From an uncultured bacterium (lineage in GTDB: Bacteria > Bacteroidota > Rhodothermia > Rhodothermales > DASSAV01), in the NCBI GenBank assembly GCA_966250015.1, contig CBINFS010000001.1, forward strand, positions 231,309-295,308: a stretch of 64,000 bases of DNA. The letters are read 5' to 3'. Position 1 is the first letter of the stretch. Each line of letters begins with the position of its first letter. Below are positions 1-11,159 of this stretch, piece by piece. Made by a program: the position numbers and the translations under genes. Under the pieces are notes generated by a model that did no database searches, was not told where the DNA came from, and was given only the letters and a program-made list of their open reading frames with translations.

Positions 1-1095
1 GGCTGCCGCGATGAACATGGGGACGTAGTTGCGCGTCTCCCGGGGGAGGTATTCGTAGATCTCCCAGAAAGTCCCTTTTTCGCGACCGGAGCGCCGAAGC
101 GCTTTAGTCACGTTTCCGGCCCCGCAATTGTAGGCGGCGAGGGCCAGCTGCCAATCGCCGAACGTATTGTAGAGGTCACGCAGGTGCCGGGCGGCAGCGC
201 GCGTCGCCTTCTCCGGATCGCGACGCTCGTCGACCCAGGAGTTGATCTGAAGGTCGTACATCCTGCCGGTGCCTGCGATGAACTGCCACATCCCGACGGC
301 TTGCGCCCAACTGACGGCATGGGGGTTCAGGCCGCTCTCGATCATGGCGAGATACTTGATCTCGTCGGGCAAGCCCTCTTCCGCCAGCACCTGTTCGATC
401 ATGGGGAAGTACGTCTCCGCTCGGCTCAGCCACCGATACATGTGCTTTTCCGGCTGCCTGAGCAGGTACGCGATGCTTTGCTCCACGAGACGGTTCATCG
501 TCATCTCGACGACCGTTCCCATCGGGCGTGGTGTTGGAAGGGTAACGTCCTCAAGGAGCGGATTCTCGAGCTCGTTCAGCGCAGCAAAAATATCTGCACG
601 GAGCTGAAAGATCTCACCATACTGAAGTGAGCCGATTTCGGGAGAAGAGCCGTAAAAACGCTCGTACTCCGTGACGACAGAGCGGTAGAGTTCCTGGAAG
701 CTCGGGCGCTCCATGATGTCCGGCTGTGAGAGCAGGGTGCTCAGCTCGGTCATCGCAAGGCCGATCAGCTCCTCCGCTTTTTCTCCGTCGTTCTGGGCTT
801 CAGCCTGAAGAATGTCAGCCTGATACCGGTATATCCGGGCAATGCGCAGGAGAATTTCGTTCTCACTGAGCGAATCGGAGGGGGTTACGAAACCGGAGTA
901 GAGCTGCGGGAGCTGGAGCCCGGGGCGCTTTGTGCTTAAGGTGGGCAGGGTCTGGGGGGGCAGGCTGGCTGCGCGATCTATCTGCTGGTTCGACCGGTTG
1001 CTGCGAGCCGTTGTGCGTGGGCTCTGGACCTGCTGTGCGAGGGAAGTTGCACTGGTCAGTACGAGGGCGAGGGTCAGGATTAACGTTCGGCGCAC
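1..1095 (-). CDS. Lytic transglycosylase (SLT domain, MltD-like), C-terminus runs off the window start; GTG start with signal peptide
   Basis: The reverse-complement translation of 1-180 gives the SLT motif ...[19 protein letters not shown]... The frame stays open from a GTG at 1093-1095, with a signal-peptide-like N-terminus ([22 protein letters not shown]). It is absent from the ORF track because it is partial. Confidence 0.7.
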   Translation of the reverse strand, partial: MRRTLILTLALVLTSATSLAQQVQSPRTTARSNRSNQQIDRAASLPPQTLPTLSTKRPGLQLPQLYSGFVTPSDSLSENEILLRIARIYRYQADILQAEAQNDGEKAEELIGLAMTELSTLLSQPDIMERPSFQELYRSVVTEYERFYGSSPEIGSLQYGEIFQLRADIFAALNELENPLLEDVTLPTPRPMGTVVEMTMNRLVEQSIAYLLRQPEKHMYRWLSRAETYFPMIEQVLAEEGLPDEIKYLAMIESGLNPHAVSWAQAVGMWQFIAGTGRMYDLQINSWVDERRDPEKATRAAARHLRDLYNTFGDWQLALAAYNCGAGNVTKALRRSGREKGTFWEIYEYLPRETRNYVPMFIAAA

Positions 1096-1256
1096 AAGAT
1101 TCTCCGTTCCTAGTAGTGTGTGAGGATGTAAGTTAAAGGATAACTTTAACCACGCTCGCTACGGGCGTACACGATAAGACGCTATGCCCATTTTTGCAAG
1201 CCTTTACCTTATTTCTGTTGCATAGCCTAAAGTGGCCGTCTTTTTCCCGAGAGGAT

Positions 1257-2810
1257 TTACAGCGGTATGTTTCCGTGCTTCTTTCTTGGATTGTTGACCA
1301 CTTTATTTTCGAGCATTATCAGTCCGTTTATTAATCTGCGGCGCGTTTCTCGCGGCAGGATGACGTCGTCGACGTACCCCCATTCGGCGGCCACGTAGGG
1401 GTTTGCGAACTTTTTGCGGTATTCCTCGACGAAGCGGGCCTCGGCCTCTTCGGGCTTTTCAGCTTCGGCGATCTCTTTCCGGTAAATGATCTCGACGGCT
1501 CCGCGTGGCCCCATGACGGCAATTTCAGCCGTAGGCCAGGCGTAATTCAGGTCGCCCCGTATGTGTTTGGAGCTCATCACGTCGTAGGCTCCGCCGTATG
1601 CCTTACGCGTGATGACCGTGAGTTTGGGCACGGTTGCTTCGGCAAAGGCGAAGAGCAGCTTTGCCCCGTGCCGGATGATCCCGTGCCACTCCTGTGTGGT
1701 GCCGGGCAGGAAGCCGGGCACGTCCTCGAAAACCACCAGCGGAATCCCGAAAGCATCGCAAAAGCGAACGAAACGAGCCCCCTTGACGGAGGAGTCGATG
1801 TCCAGTACCCCTGCCAGGACGGCCGGCTGGTTCGCCACGATGCCAACCGATCGCCCGCCGAGGTGTGCGAAACCTACGATCAGATTTTCCGCAAACCGGG
1901 GGTGGATCTCGAAGAACCGGCCGTCGTCCACGACACGCCGGATCACGTCGTGCATGTCGTAGGGCTTGTTGGGATTGTCGGGTACGATCGTGTCCAGCGC
2001 CTCGTCGGCTCGGTCCACTGGATCCGAGGTCGGGAAAAAGGGCGGTGGATCCTCACAGTTCTGCGGAATGAAGTCGAACAGCTCACGGATTCCAGCCAGG
2101 CACGCCGCGTCATTGGGGTACGTGAGGTGTGCGACGCCGCTTTTCGACGCGTGTGTCGCCGCTCCTCCAAGCTCCTCGTGCGTGACCGTTTCGTGGGTAA
2201 CCGTTTTGACGACGTTGGGGCCCGTGACGAACATGTAGGACGTCCCTTCGACCATAAAAACAAAATCCGTAATGGCGGGGCTGTACACGGCGCCCCCGGC
2301 GCACGGGCCCATGACCGCCGAAATCTGCGGAATGACGCCGGACGCGAGGGTGTTCAAAAGGAATATCTCTGCGTAGCCCCCCAGCGAGACGACTCCTTCC
2401 TGGATGCGGGCGCCTCCCGAATCGTTGAGCCCGATGACCGGTGCGCCGTTCTCCATCGCAAGCTTCATCAGTCTCGTGATCTTCGCCGCGTGGGCCTGGC
2501 CGAGCGACCCGCCGAAGACGGTAAAATCCTGGCTGAACACGTAGACCGGGCGTCCCTTGATCGTACCGAACCCTGTCACGACCCCGTCGCCGTAAGGCCT
2601 GTTCTGGTCCAGGCCAAAGTCGTGTGATTGATGCCTGACGTACAAACCCAGCTCTTCAAAGGAGCCTTCGTCGAGTAGCAGATCGATGCGTTCGCGGGCA
2701 GTCAGTTTCCCTTTTTCATGTTGCCGGGCTATTCGATCCTCGCCCCCTCCCTTCATCGCTTCAGCACGAAGACGCAGGAGGTCTCCTGTTGGTCCTGTCG
2801 GGTCGCTCAT
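1257..2810 (-). CDS. pccB: Acyl-CoA carboxylase carboxyltransferase beta subunit (propionyl-CoA carboxylase beta / methylmalonyl-CoA carboxyltransferase family)
   Basis: A 541-aa ORF with the hallmark [23 protein letters not shown]-terminus, two carboxyltransferase halves and an acyl-CoA binding region. The likely true start is the internal Met (MSDPTGP) at 2810 rather than 2882. Confidence 0.88.
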   Translation of the reverse strand: MSDPTGPTGDLLRLRAEAMKGGGEDRIARQHEKGKLTARERIDLLLDEGSFEELGLYVRHQSHDFGLDQNRPYGDGVVTGFGTIKGRPVYVFSQDFTVFGGSLGQAHAAKITRLMKLAMENGAPVIGLNDSGGARIQEGVVSLGGYAEIFLLNTLASGVIPQISAVMGPCAGGAVYSPAITDFVFMVEGTSYMFVTGPNVVKTVTHETVTHEELGGAATHASKSGVAHLTYPNDAACLAGIRELFDFIPQNCEDPPPFFPTSDPVDRADEALDTIVPDNPNKPYDMHDVIRRVVDDGRFFEIHPRFAENLIVGFAHLGGRSVGIVANQPAVLAGVLDIDSSVKGARFVRFCDAFGIPLVVFEDVPGFLPGTTQEWHGIIRHGAKLLFAFAEATVPKLTVITRKAYGGAYDVMSSKHIRGDLNYAWPTAEIAVMGPRGAVEIIYRKEIAEAEKPEEAEARFVEEYRKKFANPYVAAEWGYVDDVILPRETRRRLINGLIMLENKVVNNPRKKHGNIPL

Positions 2811-3103
2811 CAGATCGGCAGTTCGTGTGAGGGAAGTAGCATGCCGGCCCGCGCCCGATGACGGGGCACAGGCCATCGGCACACAAAAAATATTCCACCC
2901 GGACCGTTGCTACCCATCGATAGCTGTCCGGATTGGCTTGAGGTTACTCAGGAAGATGATTCAAAACAGAAAACCGTCGTTTAAGTGTAATAATTCACAC
3001 AGCCTCGATCATCGGTCTGCGGCTCATTACCCGGTCGACGAGTAACCCTTTCGTTTTCAAGGATTACGAAAGCTCGCCAGGAAATCGGAGTAGAAGGCCG
3101 GGT

Positions 3104-4420
3104 TTACACTCTACGAAAACGTTTTTCGACGGCATCCGTGAAGGCCACGGCCGTCTCGCCGTAAATGTTGACCTGATATTTCTTGAACACCTCTTCGGCA
3201 ACAATTTTGGACGCTTCGGCCCAGGAATGGGCCTCGTGAAGGGACTTGAGCACCGTCTCGTAGGCTGCCTTGTTGCCTCCGAAGAGGTTTCGAATGAAGA
3301 CGTCCCGGTTTTGAATGCCGGGTTCTCCCAGCACTTCGCGTTCGAGGGCGGCGAGACCCGGATCCCCTACCACAGCAGGTTCGGACTGTTTACGGAATTG
3401 CATCCAGAGTGGGACTTTCTGAGGCTCTGGGCTGCCTTTCGGTGCAGGCGCGGGCTTCACGGGCGGCGTCTTCGCACGGTCAGCGGCAGCAACGGTTTGC
3501 CCTGACGAGGTCTTCTGTCGGAATTGCTGCCAGAGAGGGACGGCAGCTTGCGTTTCAGGGGCAGGGGACGCCGGTGGTACCGGGGCCGCCGGCCGCACGG
3601 GCTCCTGGACAGGAGGCAACGGCCTGGCCACCGGTTTTTCGACTTCAGGCTCCAGAGGCTTCTCGAGCAGACGCTTCAGCCCGGATTCGTCAAGGACGTG
3701 CAGGTTCTCTCGCTGCTGAAGCTCCCTGAGGCGCGAGACGATCGTGCCGGCTCCCTTGTTTTCAAAAAAGATGCAAAGCAGATCGATCGGGACGCCTGTT
3801 TCGGGGAAAACCTGCACCGTGCGCATGAACTCGAATGCAGGGTTCAAGAGCCGAATCCAATCCTCGGGCGTGTAGTCGCTGGTCATCCGGCGATCGCTTC
3901 GCGTCAGGACCGAGGCAAAACGGCTTCGATCGATTTCGTGGAGGTTCTTTTGTTCGGCGTATGCCTTCAGGACTTCCCGGAGGTACGAGTAGACGCCGAA
4001 GTAAGCCATCCGCCGGTAGATCACCCGAATGGGCAACGGTCCGCTTTCGTCCTGAAAGACAAAATCGACCAGGGTATGCGTGGGCTGGAACAGATACGAA
4101 GTGACCTCAAAGATCGCCCGTTCGAGCTTGTCGGCCCACTCGTCCCGGGGAATCCGGGTGTGGGTCGAGAGCGCCTGCGTAAGGGCTTTGAAGGCGCTCT
4201 GAACTTCGGGATGATCGTAATCGAACCAGTCTGAACAGGCGGCCCGCAGCTCCTCAATTTCCAGGTCCACGCTGCGCTGCATCGTCTGTACGAGGAAGTG
4301 AGACACGAGCCAGGGCATCGGCTCTCTTTCGAAACTCGATTTTGGATATGGCCGATCCGGTGGATACAGCCCGATCAGACGTTTGAATATCAGGTTTGAT
4401 ACTTCGCGCAACATTGTCAC
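3104..4420 (-). CDS. Hypothetical protein with a Pro-rich linker flanked by a repeated VPLW(Q/M)QFR(Q/K) motif
   Basis: A 438-aa ORF with coding-like composition and no recognisable catalytic motifs. The motif VPLWQQFRQK...VPLWMQFRKQ occurs twice, about 40 aa apart, around a PAPAPK-rich segment. Confidence 0.55.
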   Translation of the reverse strand: MTMLREVSNLIFKRLIGLYPPDRPYPKSSFEREPMPWLVSHFLVQTMQRSVDLEIEELRAACSDWFDYDHPEVQSAFKALTQALSTHTRIPRDEWADKLERAIFEVTSYLFQPTHTLVDFVFQDESGPLPIRVIYRRMAYFGVYSYLREVLKAYAEQKNLHEIDRSRFASVLTRSDRRMTSDYTPEDWIRLLNPAFEFMRTVQVFPETGVPIDLLCIFFENKGAGTIVSRLRELQQRENLHVLDESGLKRLLEKPLEPEVEKPVARPLPPVQEPVRPAAPVPPASPAPETQAAVPLWQQFRQKTSSGQTVAAADRAKTPPVKPAPAPKGSPEPQKVPLWMQFRKQSEPAVVGDPGLAALEREVLGEPGIQNRDVFIRNLFGGNKAAYETVLKSLHEAHSWAEASKIVAEEVFKKYQVNIYGETAVAFTDAVEKRFRRV

Positions 4421-4709
4421 TTCAACCGGTTAGTTTCCACTTCCGCATCGTAAGGTAAAGTTTCGCATCCATCGGTGCAGCCGTTTTGAACCCGATCGAC
4501 CGTGAAGAACGGGTTGAACCCGCCCCTTCCATTTTGTAAAGAACGCGTAATCCGGACGCACAGGCGACGTGACAGGCTTTCTCTTTTATAACATTCGGAT
4601 GGAGGATAACGAAAGAATGTTTAGATTCAACGGAGAAACGTGAAGCGGGATGCGTGGGCTGGAATTATCTTGAAATAAGACAAGCATATCATAAAAAAGA
4701 GGAAGGGGT

Positions 4710-5813
4710 ATGAAGTGTATCGCCCTTAGCGTCAGGAAATACCTGGCCGTTTTTTTTGTGGTTCTGGGAGCCGGTCTGCTTTTCAGTGCCTGTGATTCGT
4801 CCGATCCGATCGATGGTGGCGTCGAGGTGACCGTGATGACGCGGAATCTTTACCTCGGTGGCGATCTGTTTACCGTCGTCGGAGCCACGTCTCCCACTCA
4901 GGTGCCGCTCCTGGTCGGACAACTCTGGCAGGCCATCGAAGCCAGCAACTTTGCCGAACGCGCGGAAGCCCTCGCCGACGAGATCGTCGAGAATCAACCG
5001 CACCTGGTTGGACTGCAAGAAGTCTCGCTTTACCGTACGCAAACTCCGAGCGACTATCTCACCGGGAACGTAGAAGTCAATGCATCAACCGTTGCGATCG
5101 ACTTTCTCCAGCTTCTCATGGATGCCCTTGAAGAGCGGGGTGCGGATTACCGCGTCGTCGCCACGTCAAACAACGCCGACGTGGAGATGCCCGCCGTTTT
5201 CAGCCTCACCCAGACGATGGACATTCGGCTTTCGGACCGGGACGTCATCCTGGCACGGGGTGACGTGGAAGTCAGCGGCCCGGTGACGCGTAATTTTTCG
5301 TTGAACCTTTCCATCCCGATTGGAGGCGAAGGAGGGCCGACGGTGTCGTTCACTCGAGGCTACGGCCTCGTGACGGCGGTGGTCGACGGTGTCCAGTTTA
5401 CGTTTGCAAACGCGCACCTCGAGGTCGGTGGTGAAGCAGCGTTTTTTCAGGAGGCCCAGGCTCGCGAGCTGGTGAACAACCTGCAATCGCTACCCGATCC
5501 TGTGATCCTCGTGGGTGATTTTAACAGTCCCGCCGACGGATCAGACACCGACTCGTACGGTGTGCTGACCGAGCGATACACCGACGCCTGGGCGGAGCTT
5601 CAGTCCGCCAACGGATTTACCTGCTGCCAGGCGGCGGATCTGCGGAACACGACGTCGCAACTCGATAACCGGATCGATCTGATCCTCTACCGTGGCAACG
5701 TTGAGGCACAGGAAATCGATCTCGTCGGTGAAAATCCGGCGGATCGCACCCCTTCAGGGCTCTGGCCTTCCGATCACGCCGGCGTGGTGGCAACCCTCGT
5801 CATCACGCAGTAA
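4710..5813 (+). CDS. Endonuclease/exonuclease/phosphatase (EEP) family lipoprotein
   Basis: A lipoprotein signal (LLFSAC) is followed by EEP-fold motifs (VGDFNSPADGSD ... PSDHAGVVATL). Confidence 0.7.
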   Translation: MKCIALSVRKYLAVFFVVLGAGLLFSACDSSDPIDGGVEVTVMTRNLYLGGDLFTVVGATSPTQVPLLVGQLWQAIEASNFAERAEALADEIVENQPHLVGLQEVSLYRTQTPSDYLTGNVEVNASTVAIDFLQLLMDALEERGADYRVVATSNNADVEMPAVFSLTQTMDIRLSDRDVILARGDVEVSGPVTRNFSLNLSIPIGGEGGPTVSFTRGYGLVTAVVDGVQFTFANAHLEVGGEAAFFQEAQARELVNNLQSLPDPVILVGDFNSPADGSDTDSYGVLTERYTDAWAELQSANGFTCCQAADLRNTTSQLDNRIDLILYRGNVEAQEIDLVGENPADRTPSGLWPSDHAGVVATLVITQ

Positions 5814-5836
5814 GGCGGGGCGAAACGTCTCGGCGC

Positions 5837-6991
5837 TTATGATCCCAGGTTCGACGCCGGGATGAATCGCATCGAGATCGAGTTGACGCAGTGCCGTGTG
5901 TTTTTGGCCGTGAAGCCTTCACCCTCGAACACGTGGCCGAGGTGCGCTCCACAGTTGGCGCACAGGATTTCCGTGCGGCGGCCGTCTGCGTCCAGGGTGC
6001 GTTTCACGGCGCCGGGTATTTCGTCGTCGAAGCTCGGCCAGCCGCAGTGTGCGTCGAACTTGTCTTCCGAACGGTACAGCGGGGCATTGCACTGCCGGCA
6101 GATGTAGATGCCGGCCTCGAAGTGTTGGTCGTATTCCCCGGTGCCCGGGTATTCCGTGCCCTTATAGAGGATGACACGCGCTTCTTCGGGTGTCAGGGGG
6201 TTATAGTCGCCCTTCTGTTTTACCGGAGGCAGGCCGAAGGCGTCCTGTATGGATCGTTCTGGTTTCAAATCGTTGTCCTCGAATCTTTTGGTGTACACGT
6301 GACAGTACGGTAGCTTGCCCGTCTTCGCGTAGTAGTCCTGGTGGTACTCTTCGGCTGGCCAGAAGGTCGACGCCGGCTGGACCTGGGTGGCCACGTCGTA
6401 GCCTTTTTTCTCCAGGATGCGGATGAGCTCCTCTGCGGTCTCGCGTTGGGTATCGTTCAGGTAGAAGATGGCCGAGCGGTACTGCTCGCCAATGTCAGGC
6501 CCTTGCCGATTAACCTGCGTGGGGTCGTGTATCTCGAAGAACAGCCTCGCCAGATCCCGGTACGACGTTTTTCTGGGATCGTAAATCACTTCGATGGCTT
6601 CGGCGTGGCCGGTATTTTTGTAGCTGACGTCCTTGTACGTCGGGTTGTCGACGTGCCCACCCGTATATCCAACGCGCGTGGACAGCACACCCGGCGCCCG
6701 TTTGAAGTGGTACTCGACGCCCCAGAAACAACCCCCGGCGAAAATCGCCACGGTGGAGGTATCCGATGTACCGGCAGTTAGTTCGGGTGTGGGCGCCGTG
6801 GTCTGCGCCACGGCTACTCCCGGGCTCGATAGGGGGGCATACCGCGGGAAGTAGAACAGCAGGACGGCGCCTGCACCTGCGATGGCCAGCGGGAGCACGG
6901 CCATTCGACCGGATTTGTTTTGCCGCTCGTACAGGGCGAGTACGAGAGCGCCCGCAATGAGTATCAACAGCAAAATCAGAATCGGTTGCAT
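5837..6991 (-). CDS. msrAB: Bifunctional peptide methionine sulfoxide reductase MsrA-MsrB fusion with N-terminal membrane anchor
   Basis: The MsrA GCFWG motif (GGCFWGVEYHF) is followed by an MsrB domain (CGWPSF, RTEILCANCGAHLGHVF), preceded by one or two hydrophobic helices. The start is taken at the internal Met MQPILILLL. Confidence 0.88.
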   Translation of the reverse strand: MQPILILLLILIAGALVLALYERQNKSGRMAVLPLAIAGAGAVLLFYFPRYAPLSSPGVAVAQTTAPTPELTAGTSDTSTVAIFAGGCFWGVEYHFKRAPGVLSTRVGYTGGHVDNPTYKDVSYKNTGHAEAIEVIYDPRKTSYRDLARLFFEIHDPTQVNRQGPDIGEQYRSAIFYLNDTQRETAEELIRILEKKGYDVATQVQPASTFWPAEEYHQDYYAKTGKLPYCHVYTKRFEDNDLKPERSIQDAFGLPPVKQKGDYNPLTPEEARVILYKGTEYPGTGEYDQHFEAGIYICRQCNAPLYRSEDKFDAHCGWPSFDDEIPGAVKRTLDADGRRTEILCANCGAHLGHVFEGEGFTAKNTRHCVNSISMRFIPASNLGS

Positions 6992-7378
6992 GGCCTTGCC
7001 CTCCAATCGTGATCGAACGCCCGGATGCGCCTGCCGGCTCACCAGACGAACTACGACGCTTCAACGGTGTTGTTTCGGTCGTAAGTGTCCTAAAATGGGT
7101 CACCTACGCTATCGATCAGTTCAAGAGTTCGCAGGGTATGCCGCTACGTTGTCACCCCGTCGTGTTAGCCTTCCGTTTGGCCTGACTGGTTGTGTCGGAG
7201 ACGTTCCGTTATCAGCCCGCTGTTACACCGCAAGTATGATTGTGGGGCAGCGCCGGTATTCCACAAAAATTATCGGTGTGGGTGAGACGAGCGTGAACCG
7301 GTACGGCCAATCATCCGTTTGGATAGGGGATTCTGAATAAGTGGAGAGCACAGCTCCTTGGAATATTTAGAGCTTCAG

Positions 7379-10351
7379 ATGGACGAACGCATCATCATTC
7401 GAGGCGCTCGCGAGCACAATCTCAAAAACATCGACCTGGACATACCGCGAAACCAGCTGGTCGTGATAACCGGCCTGTCGGGTTCGGGGAAGTCGAGCCT
7501 GGCCTTCGACACGATTTACGCCGAAGGTCAGCGGCGATACATGGAGAGCCTGAGTGCGTACGCGAGGCAGTTTCTCGGGATGATGGAGCGCCCCGACGTC
7601 GATTTCATCGACGGTTTGTCTCCGGTCATTGCCATCGAGCAAAAGACGGTCAGCCGGAACCCTCGCTCGACGGTGGGGACCGTTACGGAGATCTACGACT
7701 TCTTACGCCTTCTTTTTGCGCGGGCGGGTACCGCGTACTCGTACGTCTCCGGCGCCCCGATGCGCAAGCAGTCCGACGACGAGATCATCGACGGCATCCT
7801 CCAGTTTCCGGAGGGCACCCGCGTCCTGATCCTTGCGCCGCTCGTGAAGGGACGAAAAGGCCATTATCGCGAGCTGTTCGAGCAGATCACGCGCCAGGGA
7901 TTCCAGCGCGTCCGCATCGACGGGGAGGTGCGTGAGGTCACACAGGGGATGCGCGTCGACCGGTACAAGACGCACGACATCGAAGTGGTCGTGGACCGGA
8001 TCGTGGTGAAGGAGGGCGTGCGGCCCCGCGTGAGCCAGTCGGTGGAGACGGCGCTCGGGATGGGGAGCGGGACCCTGATTGCCTGCGTCGTCGGCCTCCC
8101 GGAAGACGCTGAAGGAAATTTTCCTTCGGTGCCTTACGACGTCCTGTTCAGCCGGCATTTGTTTAGCCCGGAGGACGGGATCTCCTACGATGATCCGTCC
8201 CCGAACACCTTTTCGTTCAACTCACCCTACGGCGCGTGTCCGGTCTGTAACGGCCTCGGCTCGCAACGCGAGCTCGACATCGATTTGCTTATTCCAGACA
8301 AATCGAAATCGATCGCGGAAGGCGCACTGGCCCCTATTGGCAAACCGCGGGACATCTGGATTTTCAGCCAGCTACGGGCAGTCGCCGACGCCTACGGCTT
8401 CGACTTCGACACGCCATTCAACCGCCTTTCGGAGGAGCAGCAAAACGTGATTCTCCACGGGGCCGGTGACCGGCAGTTCGACATCGTTTATCACTACAAG
8501 GATCGGGAGGTTCGCTACAAGCATCGCTTCGGCGGACTTTTCGAACACCTGCACCACACGTACGACAGCACGACGTCTCCATCGCAACGGAAGTGGGCCG
8601 AGTCCTACATGCGGGAGATGCCCTGCAAGGAGTGCGGAGGAGGCCGGTTAAAACGGGAGAGCCTCTCGTATAGAATCGGCGGGAAAAACATCGCCGAGCT
8701 GGTGGCGATGGACCTGACGTCGCTGCGCCGATTCTTCGACGACGTGGAGTTCAGCGAGCGGAATCGAATCATCGCGGAGCCGATCATAAAAGAGATCTGC
8801 GAGCGGCTCGACTTTTTGATCAACGTCGGAGTAGAGTATCTGAACCTCGATCGTCCGGCGCGGACGCTTTCCGGCGGCGAAAGCCAGCGAATTCGGCTGG
8901 CCACGCAGATCGGCACGCAGCTCGTCGGCGTGCTCTACGTGCTGGACGAACCGAGCATCGGGCTTCACCCGCGGGACAACCATCGGTTGATCGAATCACT
9001 CAAGTTGCTGCGCGACCTCGACAACTCCGTGCTCGTCGTAGAGCACGACCGGGACATGATCGAATCGGCAGATTTCGTCGTTGATCTCGGCCCGGGCGCC
9101 GGTGAGCGTGGAGGAGAGGTCGTTCGAGCGGCATCGCCGAAGGAGTTGCTGGTTTCGTCAAACGGCCACGTGGGCCTGACGGCCTCATACCTGAAAGGGG
9201 AAAAGCACATCGGTGTCCCGAAGCATCGCCGGCCCGGAAATGGCCAGCACCTGCGCCTGTACGGAGCAACCGGACACAACCTCAAGGGGGACACGCTGGA
9301 CCTTCCGCTGGGCATGTTCGTCTGCGTGACGGGCGTGTCCGGATCGGGCAAGTCGAGCCTGATCAACCAAACGTTATATCCGATCCTGGCCGGCCGTTTC
9401 CACCATGCCCGTGAGGTCCCGCTGCCGTACGAACGGATCGAGGGACTCGAACACATCGATAAGGTGATCGACATCGATCAGAGCCCGATCGGCCGTACGC
9501 CCCGGTCGAATCCGGCGACCTACACGGGTCTTTTCAGCCACATCCGCGATCTTTTTGCGCTTCTGCCGGAGTCCAAGATCCGGGGTTATAAGCCCGGCCG
9601 TTTTTCCTTCAACGTGAAGGGAGGACGGTGCGAGACGTGTAAGGGCGCCGGGATCGTAAAGCTGGAGATGAATTTCCTCCCGGACGTCTACGTCGAATGT
9701 GAGACTTGTCACGGCAAACGCTACAACGCCGAGACCCTCGAAGTCCGCTACAAAGGCAAATCCATCGCGGACGTTCTCAACATGACGGTGGCGGAGGCGC
9801 TGGAATTTTTCGAGAACGTGCCCAGGATCGAGCGGAAACTGAGAACGCTTCATTCGGTGGGGCTCGATTACATTCGCCTGGGCCAGCAGGCCACACGCCT
9901 GTCGGGGGGTGAAGCCCAGCGGGTCAAGCTCTCGAAGGAGCTCTCCCGTCCGGGCACGGGGAAAACGCTGTACATCCTGGATGAGCCCACGACGGGTCTA
10001 CATTTCGAGGACATTCGCCAGCTTCTGCTGGTGCTACAGGCACTCGTGCGAAAAGGGAATACGGTGCTCGTCATCGAGCACAACATGGACGTCGTCAAGG
10101 TGGCGGACTGGGTGATCGACATGGGTCCCGAAGGAGGCGAAGCCGGCGGCTCCATCATCTTCTCCGGCACTCCGGAAGACCTGGTCAAAAGCGGCACCTA
10201 CACCGGGCAGGCCCTCAAAATCGAGCTCGAACGATCGGCCTACGCTCCGTCCGAAAACGGCATGGACGAGCTAATCGACCTCGATTCTCTGGTGGCTGAC
10301 GACGAAGAAGCGGACGAAAGCGACCTGGAAGAGGAAGCCGAAGAAGAGTAA
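7379..10351 (+). CDS. uvrA: Excinuclease ABC subunit A (UvrA) with acidic C-terminal tail
   Basis: N-terminus [23 protein letters not shown], two ABC ATPase modules ([25 protein letters not shown] signatures) and zinc-finger cysteines ([16 protein letters not shown]; CETCHGKRY). The ATG at 7379 is preferred over the TTG at 7358. Confidence 0.96.
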   Translation: MDERIIIRGAREHNLKNIDLDIPRNQLVVITGLSGSGKSSLAFDTIYAEGQRRYMESLSAYARQFLGMMERPDVDFIDGLSPVIAIEQKTVSRNPRSTVGTVTEIYDFLRLLFARAGTAYSYVSGAPMRKQSDDEIIDGILQFPEGTRVLILAPLVKGRKGHYRELFEQITRQGFQRVRIDGEVREVTQGMRVDRYKTHDIEVVVDRIVVKEGVRPRVSQSVETALGMGSGTLIACVVGLPEDAEGNFPSVPYDVLFSRHLFSPEDGISYDDPSPNTFSFNSPYGACPVCNGLGSQRELDIDLLIPDKSKSIAEGALAPIGKPRDIWIFSQLRAVADAYGFDFDTPFNRLSEEQQNVILHGAGDRQFDIVYHYKDREVRYKHRFGGLFEHLHHTYDSTTSPSQRKWAESYMREMPCKECGGGRLKRESLSYRIGGKNIAELVAMDLTSLRRFFDDVEFSERNRIIAEPIIKEICERLDFLINVGVEYLNLDRPARTLSGGESQRIRLATQIGTQLVGVLYVLDEPSIGLHPRDNHRLIESLKLLRDLDNSVLVVEHDRDMIESADFVVDLGPGAGERGGEVVRAASPKELLVSSNGHVGLTASYLKGEKHIGVPKHRRPGNGQHLRLYGATGHNLKGDTLDLPLGMFVCVTGVSGSGKSSLINQTLYPILAGRFHHAREVPLPYERIEGLEHIDKVIDIDQSPIGRTPRSNPATYTGLFSHIRDLFALLPESKIRGYKPGRFSFNVKGGRCETCKGAGIVKLEMNFLPDVYVECETCHGKRYNAETLEVRYKGKSIADVLNMTVAEALEFFENVPRIERKLRTLHSVGLDYIRLGQQATRLSGGEAQRVKLSKELSRPGTGKTLYILDEPTTGLHFEDIRQLLLVLQALVRKGNTVLVIEHNMDVVKVADWVIDMGPEGGEAGGSIIFSGTPEDLVKSGTYTGQALKIELERSAYAPSENGMDELIDLDSLVADDEEADESDLEEEAEEE

Positions 10352-10457
10352 AAAAGGCGTTCGGATCTTCCATCGTGATCGTTTGTTTTCCCGGTTTGTC
10401 CCGGAAATGCGGGGGCGTCAAACAACTCTTTTCTGGTCGGTTAGCACGACTACACGG

Positions 10458-11045
10458 ATGGAATTTGTCATAGAAGTGGCGGGTCCCCAACATTTGACCT
10501 ATGCAGAAGAGATTTGCAGGGTCATCGAGGAAGCCGCAAAGGCGAGAGGTACCGGTATTGCCAAACGTGATCCGGAGTACATCCGCAAGAAAATTCAGGA
10601 GGGAAAAGCGGTAATCGCCCTTCACGGAGAGGAATTCGCAGGATTTTGTTATATCGAGACCTGGAGTCACAACAAATACGTGGCGAACTCGGGCCTCATC
10701 GTGGCGCCACCTTTCCGAAAGGCCGGGCTGGCGAAACGAATCAAGAAGATGGCGTTCGACCTCTCCCGCAGCCGCTTTCCGGAGGCGAAAATCTTCGGCA
10801 TCACGACGAGCCTGGCGGTCATGAAGATCAACTCGGAGCTGGGCTACAAACCGGTGACCTTCTCAGAGCTGACCACCGACGAGGAATTCTGGAACGGGTG
10901 CCGGAGCTGTCCGAACTTCGACGTGCTCACCCGCACCAATCGGACGATGTGCCTCTGCACGGGGATGCTGTATGACCCTGCCGAAGAGCTCAAAGCACGT
11001 CGGAACGGCCAACCGGAAGGGGAAGAGGGGGCACAACCATCCTGA
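10458..11045 (+). CDS. GNAT family N-acetyltransferase
   Basis: GNAT motif A (RKAGLAKRI) and a typical acetyl-CoA binding core. The start is taken at MEFVIEV. Confidence 0.6.
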   Translation: MEFVIEVAGPQHLTYAEEICRVIEEAAKARGTGIAKRDPEYIRKKIQEGKAVIALHGEEFAGFCYIETWSHNKYVANSGLIVAPPFRKAGLAKRIKKMAFDLSRSRFPEAKIFGITTSLAVMKINSELGYKPVTFSELTTDEEFWNGCRSCPNFDVLTRTNRTMCLCTGMLYDPAEELKARRNGQPEGEEGAQPS

Positions 11046-11159
11046 CAGGCGGATTGTTTTCTGCACACGAAGACAGGCTTCATTATTGGTGGAGGAGTGC
11101 TGCTCGTGCCCTCCAGCAATTCCTGAAGGCCACATTTCATAAAGATCCCTAGTCAATTC

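Noticed and set aside
108-630. Several 70-150 aa ORFs on both strands at the window start
   Set aside because: All overlap the SLT-domain transglycosylase frame, which carries the AYNCGAGNV motif. They look like high-GC artefacts.
1563-2627. 354-aa ORF antisense to the carboxyltransferase gene
   Set aside because: The opposite strand encodes an unmistakable PccB-type protein. The antisense translation has no motifs.
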